A stretch of 64,000 bases of DNA from Eubacteriales bacterium (GTDB lineage: Bacteria; Bacillota; Clostridia; Oscillospirales; CAG-272). The stretch covers positions 1,343-65,342 of the forward strand of contig JAZRIJ010000083.1 in NCBI GenBank assembly GCA_045645205.1. The letters run 5' to 3'. The notes below the pieces were generated by a model, which made no database searches, was not told where the DNA came from, and worked only from the letters and a program-made list of their open reading frames with translations. The translations under genes were made by a program, and so were the position numbers. This document shows positions 49,234 through 58,144 of this stretch, in pieces; within the stretch, counting starts at the first letter, position 1, and every line of letters starts with the position of its first letter.

Positions 49234-50489
49234 TACTGAATTTTGTCTTTCGTTGCCCACAGCCCCAGAGCGGGATTGCTGATATAAAATATTTCCTCGC
49301 CATCAACGGTGTTGTAGCCGTCAACAAGCTTTGTAATATCGTATTTTTTGATCGCCTCTTCGTAAGGCATATATTTGAAGTTTACGCCCTCGACCTCTTC
49401 TTTTGTAATCTTGCGCGTTGCGTAGGTTATGCTGAATCTGTCGTCAGAAGAACCGTGAATAAGGTGAGCTGCTGTAGAAAGGTTGTTTGCAAGATCCTCA
49501 TTTTCGTTTACTAATTCAAGAACTCTTTCTCTGCCCACATAACCGTATTTTCTGATAAGTTTGTCATTTTCGCTGTCTTCGCCGAACTTTGCAACCTCGG
49601 GAGCGAGAACGATAAGTTCACCGCCGTCGGCAATTGCCATTCTTGTTCTGTAGACGGCTTTGTTGCCCAGCCAAGTGCTCTTAAATTCTCTGCCGTCAAG
49701 ATAAACGACAACCTTTTTCAAGGGTTTATCAAGGTAGTTGAGATTTTTTTCTTGACTCAAAGCAACCGCTTCTTCAAACAGCTTTCTTTCTCTTCCGATA
49801 AACAAGCCATGAATATGAACATCATCGCCGGTGTTGGTTGTAACGGTGAGAACATACATGAGCGGAATGTTTTGTATAAAGTTTTCTTCGGCGTAGTCAA
49901 ATACTTTTCGTACCGGAGAGAAATCTTTGCCCATAATTCTTTCCATACCGTAGAACGCTCCAAGCATATGAGAACTGTTTATCATTGAACTGCCGCCGCA
50001 ACCGACAAAGATGTTTTTTGAGTAGTTTGCCATACCTACGACCTCATGAGGAACGACCTGACCCATGGAGATTATCAAGTCATATTCTCCGGAAACCAAA
50101 CGTTTGTTTACTTCAACGTCAATTTTGGTGTTTACAAGACCTTCGGATACTTCAGATACAAATTCAGCAGGAACTTCGCCCAGCTTTACAACGTCTGTTT
50201 TCCAGTTGTGTCCTAAAAATTTTTCATAGGGAATATCCTCGCCGAAAAACATCTTACACTCAGCTTCAGACATAAGCTCGTGAGTGCCTAGTGCAGGCAT
50301 AATGTCAACGATACAGTTGTCTTTCAAAAGGTTGTAATACATAGAACAAATTTTACCTGCGCCCGAATACAGTCTTGTGTGGTCGGGGGGGAGGAGTAAA
50401 ACTTTTTTAAGTTTTTTATTTTCTATAGACTTTTTAAGGGCATCGAGAAGTTCGATATCGCCTATTCCCTGTTCGCTTTTTATAACCAT
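49233..50489 (-). CDS. LarA-like (lactate racemase domain, DUF2088) protein
   Basis: 418 aa. PPDHTR near the N-terminus, and VVPHEVVGMANYSK with the same P-H-x3-G-x5-K spacing as the LarA PHYFAGFSGGRK cofactor-lysine region. Confidence 0.6.
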   Translation of the reverse strand: MVIKSEQGIGDIELLDALKKSIENKKLKKVLLLPPDHTRLYSGAGKICSMYYNLLKDNCIVDIMPALGTHELMSEAECKMFFGEDIPYEKFLGHNWKTDVVKLGEVPAEFVSEVSEGLVNTKIDVEVNKRLVSGEYDLIISMGQVVPHEVVGMANYSKNIFVGCGGSSMINSSHMLGAFYGMERIMGKDFSPVRKVFDYAEENFIQNIPLMYVLTVTTNTGDDVHIHGLFIGRERKLFEEAVALSQEKNLNYLDKPLKKVVVYLDGREFKSTWLGNKAVYRTRMAIADGGELIVLAPEVAKFGEDSENDKLIRKYGYVGRERVLELVNENEDLANNLSTAAHLIHGSSDDRFSITYATRKITKEEVEGVNFKYMPYEEAIKKYDITKLVDGYNTVDGEEIFYISNPALGLWATKDKIQ

Positions 50490-50740
50490 TTTATTACCTG
50501 CCTTTACGTCTGATTATGTACAAAATTTACCACTTTATATTTTACCACATGATTTTACTAAAAGCAATAGATTTTTTTATGTTGTTTTTGGTATGATTAT
50601 ATGCCAAAAAGTAAGCTTGTTATACTGTTTATTTTGTTTTTTTGAGTGTGAATGCATATATAAACAGGATAATTTTTGCATAAAAATAATTGCAAAAATG
50701 AGTCTTGTGTTAAAAAAGTCCGATAAACAGGCTTTTTATG

Positions 50741-50774
50741 CAAAACAAAAGGCACACCTTTTTGGTGTACCTTT
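50741..50774 (-). terminator. intrinsic terminator after the solute-binding protein gene
   Basis: 11-bp stem with one mismatch, followed on the minus strand by TTTTGTTTTG. Confidence 0.6.
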
Positions 50775-50787
50775 AATTTATGTAAAG

Positions 50788-52251
50788 TTATTTAAAATCT
50801 TCGAAATTGGAGTAGATATTTTGAATACTTGAGTTTACAGCTCTTTGAATTTTTGCATAGTTTCTGGCAATATTTGACTGTTTGGGGTCAACGTCCAAAA
50901 CTTTGCTCGCCAAGTCTCCAAAGTTGTAGTAAAGACCAAGATCATATACGCAGTTGTTGCGAAGAATATGAAGGGATTCTTCTGACTCATCATCTCTTGC
51001 GAATCTTCTTGTAAGAAGAGTATCAAACCAAGCGGGAATAACAGTAAAGCTGGATACATAGTTCATATCTTCAATAATAGTTGCTGTACGTTCAAGATTT
51101 TTGTTGATTGACGGAAGTGCGAAAAGGTTGTTGTTAGCAGGATAAATTGTTTGATACAACTCTTGGTTTTTATCATACTTGGGGAAGGGAACAACACCAA
51201 AATCGCTTTCCATTTCAGCAAATTCGTAAAGCGCGCCTTCACTTGTGTAATGGAAGAGGTACAAGTCTTGTGTAAACAGACTGCGGAGATAACTGAACTT
51301 GTGGTTGAACTGTGCACTGTCAAAGGAAGGGGTAGAACATGTCATACAAAATGAAATTGATTCATTGGAAAATACTTGTTTGAGCTTTTCGTAGAGGGTA
51401 ACAGTCTTGTCGCCATCGGACAAGAGTGTAACTTGAGGGTAACCATTTTCGTCATTTGTTGTAGCTCTAATCCCGGAAGCATAGAGGAACATTCTTGGGT
51501 TGTGGTGTTCCATAAGAGTACCGTACTGGTCAACTTCTGTCATGTTTCCGTCATGATTTAAGTCAACGGAAATGGATGACACCATTTCTGCCCAGTTATC
51601 AATTGTCCACTCATTATTTTCCATATATTCATATGGACTGGTAAGCTGAAAGTCTTCAACAAGCTTTTTGTTAAAGAATACGCAAAAACCAATTGTATGT
51701 ATATTGAGTGCGCAGTTTGCAAAATAGAGCTTCTCGCCAATCATAAGCTGGTCTTTGGATCTGCTGTCCCAATACGATTTATCCCAATCGAACAGTTCGA
51801 TGTCAAGCAGGTTGTAAAGCAGGTTTTCCTGAGCCATAACAGCCAATCTTTTGCCTGATGTAAGTATAGCGTCAAAATCGGTGGAACCACCCATAACCTG
51901 CGTTCTAACTTCTGTAGTAATATCAGAAACGTTTAGCTGTTTAATTTTTATGTTGTACTTTTCTTCAATTATTGCGTTTCTGCGTGCAATGGCACTGTCG
52001 AGAACTTCACCTTCTTCATCCTTTGAGATAAGATAATTTGTGTTATAAGAAGTGCCGAGGTTGGTTATAAAGGTAAATTCATGTCCCTTGTAGTCTGTTT
52101 TTGGAAGATTTGGGTTTTCGGCTGTACCTGCAATTACGCCATCATTATCTTCATTATTTTTTTCTTCATCCTTGTTGCAGGCGGTAAACATTGATATTAG
52201 CATTAATGAAACCAAGAGCAATGCTAAAAGTTTGGTAAAAGTTTTTTTCAT
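50788..52251 (-). CDS. ABC-transporter-type extracellular solute-binding lipoprotein (carbohydrate type), orphan
   Basis: Lipobox LISMFTACN, 487 aa, with the Trp/Tyr-rich composition typical of family-1 sugar SBPs. There are no adjacent permease or ATPase genes. Confidence 0.65.
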   Translation of the reverse strand: MKKTFTKLLALLLVSLMLISMFTACNKDEEKNNEDNDGVIAGTAENPNLPKTDYKGHEFTFITNLGTSYNTNYLISKDEEGEVLDSAIARRNAIIEEKYNIKIKQLNVSDITTEVRTQVMGGSTDFDAILTSGKRLAVMAQENLLYNLLDIELFDWDKSYWDSRSKDQLMIGEKLYFANCALNIHTIGFCVFFNKKLVEDFQLTSPYEYMENNEWTIDNWAEMVSSISVDLNHDGNMTEVDQYGTLMEHHNPRMFLYASGIRATTNDENGYPQVTLLSDGDKTVTLYEKLKQVFSNESISFCMTCSTPSFDSAQFNHKFSYLRSLFTQDLYLFHYTSEGALYEFAEMESDFGVVPFPKYDKNQELYQTIYPANNNLFALPSINKNLERTATIIEDMNYVSSFTVIPAWFDTLLTRRFARDDESEESLHILRNNCVYDLGLYYNFGDLASKVLDVDPKQSNIARNYAKIQRAVNSSIQNIYSNFEDFK

Positions 52252-52496
52252 ATGATCCTCCTAAAAGTAGATATGTTTAAATATTTGCAAAAGAATTTAA
52301 AAGAAATATACATATCTTGTTTGTAATTTTACCAAAAAAATATATCAATGTCAAGAGGGTATTGTGTATAATTGCTGTTTTTGTTAAATGTGTTAAAAAA
52401 ATTAGTTTTCAGTTACAAAATATACATTATATATTGTTGATTTCCACAAATTAGACTTACTATTACTTGTGTTTATACTTTTTATTTAAATTTTTA

Positions 52497-52525
52497 TTGA
52501 CATATTGATTCAAATGTTATAAAAT
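52497..52525 (+). promoter_or_regulatory. putative sigma-A promoter of the rny leader
   Basis: TTGACA, 17 nt, TAAAAT, about 190 nt upstream of the rny start. Confidence 0.45.
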
Positions 52526-52713
52526 AAGACTAATATGGGTAAATGTTGTGTTTACTATGTGGCAATGAGTGTGTGACGGAGGTGCTCGTATGTCATTCAG
52601 TATAGTCGGTCTGATAGGATTAAGAGCAACCGTTGTTACATTATGAATTGTCGTTGGTATTATAATTATATTTGCTTGTAAAAAATGAATATTGACTAAG
52701 GAGGTGCACTATT

Positions 52714-54258
52714 ATGATTGAAGCTATAATCGGAATCTTAGCCCTTGCAGTCGGTATTGCTGTCGGAATGGTTTTGGGAATTGCTTACCGAAAGAAAGTA
52801 ACAGAAGCAAAGATAGGCTTGGCGGAAGAAAGAGCCAAGAAGATCGTTGAAGAAGGTGAAAAGGTAGCAGAAACCAAAAAGAAAGAAGCTCTTATTGAAG
52901 CAAAAGAAGAGATACTTCGTTCAAGAAATGAGCTTGAGCGTGAGATCAAGGAGAGAAGAAACGAAGTTTCGAGACTTGAACGTCGTGCCGTTTCAAAAGA
53001 AGAGGCTCTTGAACGCAAGATGGACTCTCTCGAAAAAAAGGACGAACAGTTAAACCGCAAGATCAAGGAAAACGAAGAATTAAAGGAACAGCTTGAAGTT
53101 ATTCGTGTACAGCAGCAGGAAAAGCTGGAGCAGATAGCGGGTGTTACCGCAGCTGAAGCTAAAAAAGAGCTTGTACAGCGTATTGAAGACGAGGTCAAGC
53201 ATGAGGCAGCTCAGAAAATCGTTGAAATCGAAGCCCAGATCAAAGAAGAGGCGGAGGACAAGGCGAGGAACATTATTTCGCTTGCTATTCAGCGTTGCGC
53301 GGCAGACCACGTGTCCGAGACCACGGTATCCGTTGTTCCGCTTCCCAATGATGACATGAAGGGAAGAATTATCGGCCGAGAAGGCAGAAATATTCGTGCA
53401 ATCGAAACACTTACGGGTGTTGATCTTATAATTGATGATACACCCGAAGCAATAACCCTTTCGGGATTTGACCCGATCAGAAGAGAAGTTGCGAGAATTA
53501 CTTTGGAAAAACTCATTTCCGACGGAAGAATACATCCCGCAAGAATTGAGGAAACAGTTGAAAAGGCTCGTAAGGAAGTTGAAAATACTATTAAACAGGC
53601 AGGAGAAAAGGCAATATTTGAGACAGGTGTTCATGGTGTGAACAATGAACTTGTTAGAATGCTTGGTAGACTTAAGTACCGTACAAGCTACGGACAGAAT
53701 GTACTCCGCCACTCCATTGAGGTTGCCCACCTGTCAGGTATGATAGCCGATGAGATAGGCGCTGACAGCACTCTTGCTAAAAGAGCAGGTTTGCTCCATG
53801 ATATTGGTAAGGTGCTTACACAAGAGGTAGAAGGCTCTCATGTACAGCTCGGCGTTGACCTTGCCAAGAAGTACAAGGAGAACAAAGAGGTTATTCACGC
53901 TATTGAGGCACACCACAACGATGTTGAGCCACGCACTGTAATTGCTATGATAGTTCAGGCTGCAGATGCAATTTCAGCTGCAAGACCGGGCGCGCGCCGT
54001 GAGGACCTTGAAAACTACATCAAGAGACTCCAGAAGCTTGAAGAAATTGCAAATAGCTTTAACGGTGTTGAAAAATCCTACGCTATTCAGGCAGGACGTG
54101 AAGTTCGTATTATGGTTAAGCCAAACGAAGTAAACGATGAGCAGATGGTACTTATTGCAAGAGACGTTGTAAAGAAGATCGAGGAAAACCTTGAGTATCC
54201 GGGTCAGATCAAGATCCACGTTATCAGAGAAAACCGTGCGATCGAATATGCAAAATAA
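52714..54258 (+). CDS. rny: ribonuclease Y
   Basis: N-terminal TM helix, coiled coil, KH domain ([13 protein letters not shown]) and HD domain ([16 protein letters not shown]). Confidence 0.96.
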   Translation: MIEAIIGILALAVGIAVGMVLGIAYRKKVTEAKIGLAEERAKKIVEEGEKVAETKKKEALIEAKEEILRSRNELEREIKERRNEVSRLERRAVSKEEALERKMDSLEKKDEQLNRKIKENEELKEQLEVIRVQQQEKLEQIAGVTAAEAKKELVQRIEDEVKHEAAQKIVEIEAQIKEEAEDKARNIISLAIQRCAADHVSETTVSVVPLPNDDMKGRIIGREGRNIRAIETLTGVDLIIDDTPEAITLSGFDPIRREVARITLEKLISDGRIHPARIEETVEKARKEVENTIKQAGEKAIFETGVHGVNNELVRMLGRLKYRTSYGQNVLRHSIEVAHLSGMIADEIGADSTLAKRAGLLHDIGKVLTQEVEGSHVQLGVDLAKKYKENKEVIHAIEAHHNDVEPRTVIAMIVQAADAISAARPGARREDLENYIKRLQKLEEIANSFNGVEKSYAIQAGREVRIMVKPNEVNDEQMVLIARDVVKKIEENLEYPGQIKIHVIRENRAIEYAK

Positions 54259-54375
54259 ATTTTGAGCATTGTGTCTATACGCACAATTTTCACATATAAA
54301 TTTATATAGAACTAATTCGAAATCAAAAAACGGAAAATTTACCGTTTAATATATATTTATATGCGTTTCACGGGT

Positions 54376-54410
54376 ATCACAGTCCGTATGTCAAACATAC
54401 GGATTGTGAT
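54376..54410 (+). other. 15-bp hairpin in the rny-ymdB spacer
   Basis: ATCACAGTCCGTATG / CATACGGATTGTGAT with one G-T pair and a TCAAA loop. There is no clear T-run. Confidence 0.5.
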
Positions 54411-54479
54411 ATTGTTGTATTATGAGGAAAGTTAGATAAAAAATAATAGATGTAAATACCGCATAGAAGGGTAATATTT

Positions 54480-55259
54480 ATGAGAATTTTAGCTTTGGGT
54501 GATATTGTAAGTCCCGGCGCTGTTGATGGACTTAAGAATAAGCTTTGGAAATATAGAGATTGTGAAAAGATAGATTTTGTTATTGCAAACGGCGAAAACG
54601 CAAGTAGGGGTAACGGTATTGACGCCAATACTGCGCAGATGATACTTGACTATGGTGTTGACGTTATAACGGGCGGAAACCATATATGGCAGAAACACTC
54701 CCTTCGTGAATTTCTTGATTCAAGCAGTTATATAGTTAGACCTATGAATTTCCCCGGAGAGTGCGCAGGTAACGGTTTTACCATTCTTGACTGTAAGGGA
54801 TTAAGAATACTTGTTATGAATGTGTCGGGAACTGTTTTTATGGAAAGCTTAAATTGCCCTTTTTTGTCTGTTGAAAAGTGTCTTGAAAATCAAAGAGGGA
54901 AGTATAATTTGAGCTTGCTGGATATTCATGCCGAGGCAACGGGTGAAAAATATGCGTTGGCAAGATATTTTGACGGAAAGATCAACGGTATATTTGGTAC
55001 GCATACCCATGTGCAGACGGCAGACGAGCAGATATTGCCTGATGGAACGGGGTATATAACCGATCTCGGTATGTGCGGACCTAAGGATTCAATACTGGGA
55101 GTAAAGAGTGAGCTTATTATAGAAAAAATGAAAACAAAGATGCCGGTTAGGTTTGAGTTTGCTGACGGTGAGATAGAGTATAACGGGGTTATATTTGAAT
55201 TTGATACGGCTGAAATTCAAAATGTTAAAACAGTAGGAGTAAGAAGAGTTAGATTTTAG
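54480..55259 (+). CDS. ymdB: TIGR00282-family metallophosphoesterase YmdB
   Basis: MRILALGDIV, ANGENA, GGNH and GTHTHVQTAD motifs, and its position after rny as in B. subtilis. Confidence 0.9.
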   Translation: MRILALGDIVSPGAVDGLKNKLWKYRDCEKIDFVIANGENASRGNGIDANTAQMILDYGVDVITGGNHIWQKHSLREFLDSSSYIVRPMNFPGECAGNGFTILDCKGLRILVMNVSGTVFMESLNCPFLSVEKCLENQRGKYNLSLLDIHAEATGEKYALARYFDGKINGIFGTHTHVQTADEQILPDGTGYITDLGMCGPKDSILGVKSELIIEKMKTKMPVRFEFADGEIEYNGVIFEFDTAEIQNVKTVGVRRVRF

Positions 55260-55413
55260 GTATAAAGAAGTTTCAAAACATTTCTATAAAAATGTAATGC
55301 ATTGCCAAATACAAAGGTTGACCATATAATATAGTAGTTGTGTTTCAACATATGTTTGAGATAACATATATAAGAATAAATCTAACGAATTAATTGAACG
55401 GAGATTGTATTAT

Positions 55414-55674
55414 ATGGAAATACTGAAGGTATCATCTAAGTCAAACCCAAATCTTGTAGCAGGGGCGTTGGCAGGCGTTATAACCGAAAAGAAGCAATCC
55501 GAATTGCAAGCGGTTGGTGCAGGCGCGGTAAATCAGGCTGTTAAGGCAATTGCGATAGCAAGAGGTTTTCTTGCACCGTCTGGTATTGAGCTTATTTGTG
55601 TTCCGTCGTTTTCTGAGGTAACCATAAATGACGATGTCAGAACAGCAATAAGACTGCAAGTCAGCGCGAAATAA
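55414..55674 (+). CDS. spoVS: stage V sporulation protein S
   Basis: MEILKVSSKSNPNLVAGALAGV..AVGAGAVNQAVKAIAIARGF is near-identical in pattern to B. subtilis SpoVS. The ATG is 9 nt after GGAGA. Confidence 0.92.
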   Translation: MEILKVSSKSNPNLVAGALAGVITEKKQSELQAVGAGAVNQAVKAIAIARGFLAPSGIELICVPSFSEVTINDDVRTAIRLQVSAK

Positions 55675-55822
55675 TAAGTTTGAACTGCGCTATGTCATTT
55701 AAATAAAATTTCCCCGCCGAGAGCCTTTGCTGCATTTGAGGATGATACGGCGGGGATTAATTATACTTTTACATCGATACGTATAGAGGAGAGTTTTTGG
55801 AGCTGTTTTTTTATTGATAATA

Positions 55823-55851
55823 TTGACATTTTTTATTAATGATGATATACT
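55823..55851 (+). promoter_or_regulatory. near-consensus sigma-A promoter of small RNA copy 1
   Basis: TTGACA, 17 nt, TATACT with an extended -10 TG. A TTTTTATTGATAATA upstream block is shared with copy 2. Confidence 0.65.
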
Positions 55852-55857
55852 GATTGT

Positions 55858-56081
55858 GCGAAACAAAACTCAATAAGCAGACTGTAGGAGTATTCTCTTT
55901 TTATTTTAGGGAGTAGTATACTCTTTTTATCTGTTTGTAAGTTTATCTTTTGAACTTGGAAAAAATGCAAATTCCACTTGATAAACTTACAGGATATTCC
56001 TTGTTTGTTCGAGTTTTGTTTCGCGACAATTGGGGTTTGCGTTTTTCGGTGCGCGGCTTTGACTGCGCACTTTTTTGTTTT
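55858..56081 (+). ncRNA. candidate structured small RNA, copy 1 (about 224 nt), family unknown
   Basis: 14-bp closing stem GCGAAACAAAACTC (55858-55871) / GAGTTTTGTTTCGC (56011-56024), an inner 12-bp stem TGTAAGTTTATC / GATAAACTTACA, and a terminator GTGCGCGG-CTTTGA-CTGCGCAC plus TTTTTT (56049-56076). Confidence 0.6.
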
Positions 56082-56170
56082 TAAAAACACATACTCCAAA
56101 TTGCTGCGACGCAATCTGTATTTCACAGATGTTATCACGTAATTTAAACTGTCCATTTTTATTGATAATA

Positions 56171-56199
56171 TTGACATTTCTTATTGAAAATGATATACT
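56171..56199 (+). promoter_or_regulatory. near-consensus sigma-A promoter of small RNA copy 2
   Basis: TTGACA, 17 nt, TATACT with an extended -10 TG. It is a repeat of the copy 1 promoter block. Confidence 0.65.
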
Positions 56200-56205
56200 A
56201 TCAAT

Positions 56206-56364
56206 GCGACACATCTGAATAAGTTTACCATAATAGGTGCATTTTTAATTTGGTAAAAATGCATCCTCTGTTTTTGCACCTTTATGGTATAAAAACGATG
56301 TGTCGCAGCATTCGAGGCAATGCATTTTTCGGTGCGTGGCTTTGGCTGCGCACTTTTTTATTTC
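56206..56364 (+). ncRNA. candidate structured small RNA, copy 2 (about 159 nt), paralog of copy 1
   Basis: 10-bp closing stem GCGACACATC (56206-56215) / GATGTGTCGC (56297-56306), an inner stem CCATAATAGGTGCA / TGCACCTTTATGG, a GCATT-CGAGGC-AATGC hairpin, and a terminator GTGCGTGG-CTTTGG-CTGCGCAC plus TTTTTT. Confidence 0.6.
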
Positions 56365-56491
56365 GAAAAAAACATATACTCCAAATTGCTGCGACCAATA
56401 TAGAGATTTATCCGTATGGAGGGCAAATAATTATGTTGCTCATCATACGGATAATATCTTTTTTAGGTGAATAGGGGATATATTGACTTTT

Positions 56492-58144
56492 TTACAGTTT
56501 CTTATATTCAATATAATCAAAGTTGCTTTCTTTGCTTCTTTTTTGCATTGTTTCGTGGATAATACCATGCAATTGTTTTGCTTGTTCCCGTTGGTTCAGG
56601 GATTCATCCGGATAAAAAGGACCGTCTATGTATACGGTCATTTTCGGACGTTTAAAAAATTTATGCTTTGTGTATACAGCTGTCATACAGAATGACGGTT
56701 TTTTTGTTCTGACCGGATACAAAAACGATGCTTCCGAAAAGGGGCGTATGCCCGTATAATATTCCCATACGTGAGCTTCGGGATAAACAACAACGGCGTT
56801 GCCTGAGTTTATCCTTGTTACAACAGCGTCGGACAATTTTTTTAGTCCTGTGATGCTGTCGGGAACAGGAAGAGCACCAAGGTAGGGGAGTGCTTTTCCT
56901 ATTCCCTGCATACCCAAATTGGAGGGAGAGCATATCGTATATATTCTTTTGGGCAGAGCTGCAAGTGCGGGTATTATAACGTCGCCAAACGGCTGTGTGT
57001 GGTTTCCGAAAATAAAACACCCGCATTTAGCTTGTTTTAAGGCTGTTTTGTTTTTTATACTAATATGAAGAATCGCTTTACAGTACAGTCCGCCGAGAAT
57101 TACCGCCGCCCCGTATGTAAGATGAGAAAGAAAGGCGGCTTTTGCACCCCTTCTTACCCAAACATAATCGTCGGACAGCTTAAATTCCTGTTCTGCTGTT
57201 TTTACAAAATCTTGGTCAAAGCTTTTGTAATATCTTGTTTTATCAATGCGCTTCACAGACCCTTTTGCTCCCGTCGTCGTGCTTTTGATTTTTTTCATAT
57301 ATCCTGCAATATCACTTATGTCAAATTCTGCGGTATATTTTTTCCCGTATGCTTTCTCGTAGCATTCGAGCTTTTGCATATAGTCTTTTTTTTGCATTTC
57401 ACGACTGTTTTCGCGGGCTGACTTATTTTTGTCGGGATATATGGTATCGAGCACGTGTATTTTGTATTTTACTTTTGAGAATTCTTCATTGTCAGCCTCG
57501 TTTGTTTCTTGTATTTCCACAAAACAGCTTATTATGGGAACATTCAGCTTCGCGGCATAGTAATAAGCTCCCGGTTTTACTGTTCGGGGCTTTCTGTAGT
57601 TGAACCACATTTCCTGCTCGGGATAAATAAGCACCCACTCGTCCCGACCTACAAGCTCGGAAATAATATCGCAAAACTCCCTCTGCATATAGTGCATATT
57701 TCTTGAAATGGGAATAGTGTCGGCATAGTTCATGATAAATCCCAAAAAGCCGTGCATTGCAAAATTGGTCTCTTGCGCAACGGTGTATATCTTTTTTTTG
57801 CCGGCTTTTTTTGCCATATAACGCATAGTTGTATTGTCAATGGGGTTGAAATGATTACAGGTTATAACAGCACCTCCGTTTATTGAGGATAGCTTTTCGA
57901 TACCAAATATTTCGGAGTCTTTGTTCAGAACTTTTGACAGAAGATTGGCGGTATTTCGGGCAATAAATGTCTTAAGCATATAGTTTGTTTTGCTTCTGTT
58001 ATCCAAAAATCTATGTACTATCATTTCGCTTTGTTCGGGAGAAAGAGCAGGATCACCTGTTTCAACCTTTATATTAAGCTCACCCGACTCCGTTGCTCTT
58101 TTTATATTTTCAATAACTTGTAGCTTGCTTCCGCCGATTATCAT
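56492..58144 (-). CDS. tandem two-domain acyltransferase (two PlsC/LPLAT-like domains)
   Basis: 550 aa. The first domain has ITCNHFNPID (H-x4-D) and VLIYPEQE. The second has FIFGNHTQPFGD and VVVYPEAH. The start overlaps the upstream stop (ATGA). Confidence 0.65.
   Translation of the reverse strand: MIIGGSKLQVIENIKRATESGELNIKVETGDPALSPEQSEMIVHRFLDNRSKTNYMLKTFIARNTANLLSKVLNKDSEIFGIEKLSSINGGAVITCNHFNPIDNTTMRYMAKKAGKKKIYTVAQETNFAMHGFLGFIMNYADTIPISRNMHYMQREFCDIISELVGRDEWVLIYPEQEMWFNYRKPRTVKPGAYYYAAKLNVPIISCFVEIQETNEADNEEFSKVKYKIHVLDTIYPDKNKSARENSREMQKKDYMQKLECYEKAYGKKYTAEFDISDIAGYMKKIKSTTTGAKGSVKRIDKTRYYKSFDQDFVKTAEQEFKLSDDYVWVRRGAKAAFLSHLTYGAAVILGGLYCKAILHISIKNKTALKQAKCGCFIFGNHTQPFGDVIIPALAALPKRIYTICSPSNLGMQGIGKALPYLGALPVPDSITGLKKLSDAVVTRINSGNAVVVYPEAHVWEYYTGIRPFSEASFLYPVRTKKPSFCMTAVYTKHKFFKRPKMTVYIDGPFYPDESLNQREQAKQLHGIIHETMQKRSKESNFDYIEYKKL

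Noticed and set aside
55858-56081. Possibility that the small RNA units are 6S RNA (Bacillus has two copies).
   Set aside because: The best pairing I can draw is a multi-branched fold: a closing stem plus two long hairpins in copy 1. It is not a single rod with a central bubble, the two copies differ greatly in length, and they carry classic terminators. I cannot exclude it without a covariance-model scan.
54383-56454. The same 8-nt arms, TCCGTATG / CATACGGA, form hairpins both in the rny-ymdB spacer (54383-54404) and downstream of small RNA copy 2 (56412-56454). This could be a dispersed REP-like element.
   Set aside because: The shared core is only 8 nt, the flanks do not align, and the loops differ (5 versus 27 nt). 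Two occurrences are too few to separate from chance without a genome-wide count.
55836-56474. ORFs crossing the small RNA locus (113 aa and 75 aa on the minus strand, 74 aa on the plus strand).
   Set aside because: The reading frames are not conserved between the two repeat copies. The ORFs run through promoter and terminator elements and have no convincing ribosome-binding sites.
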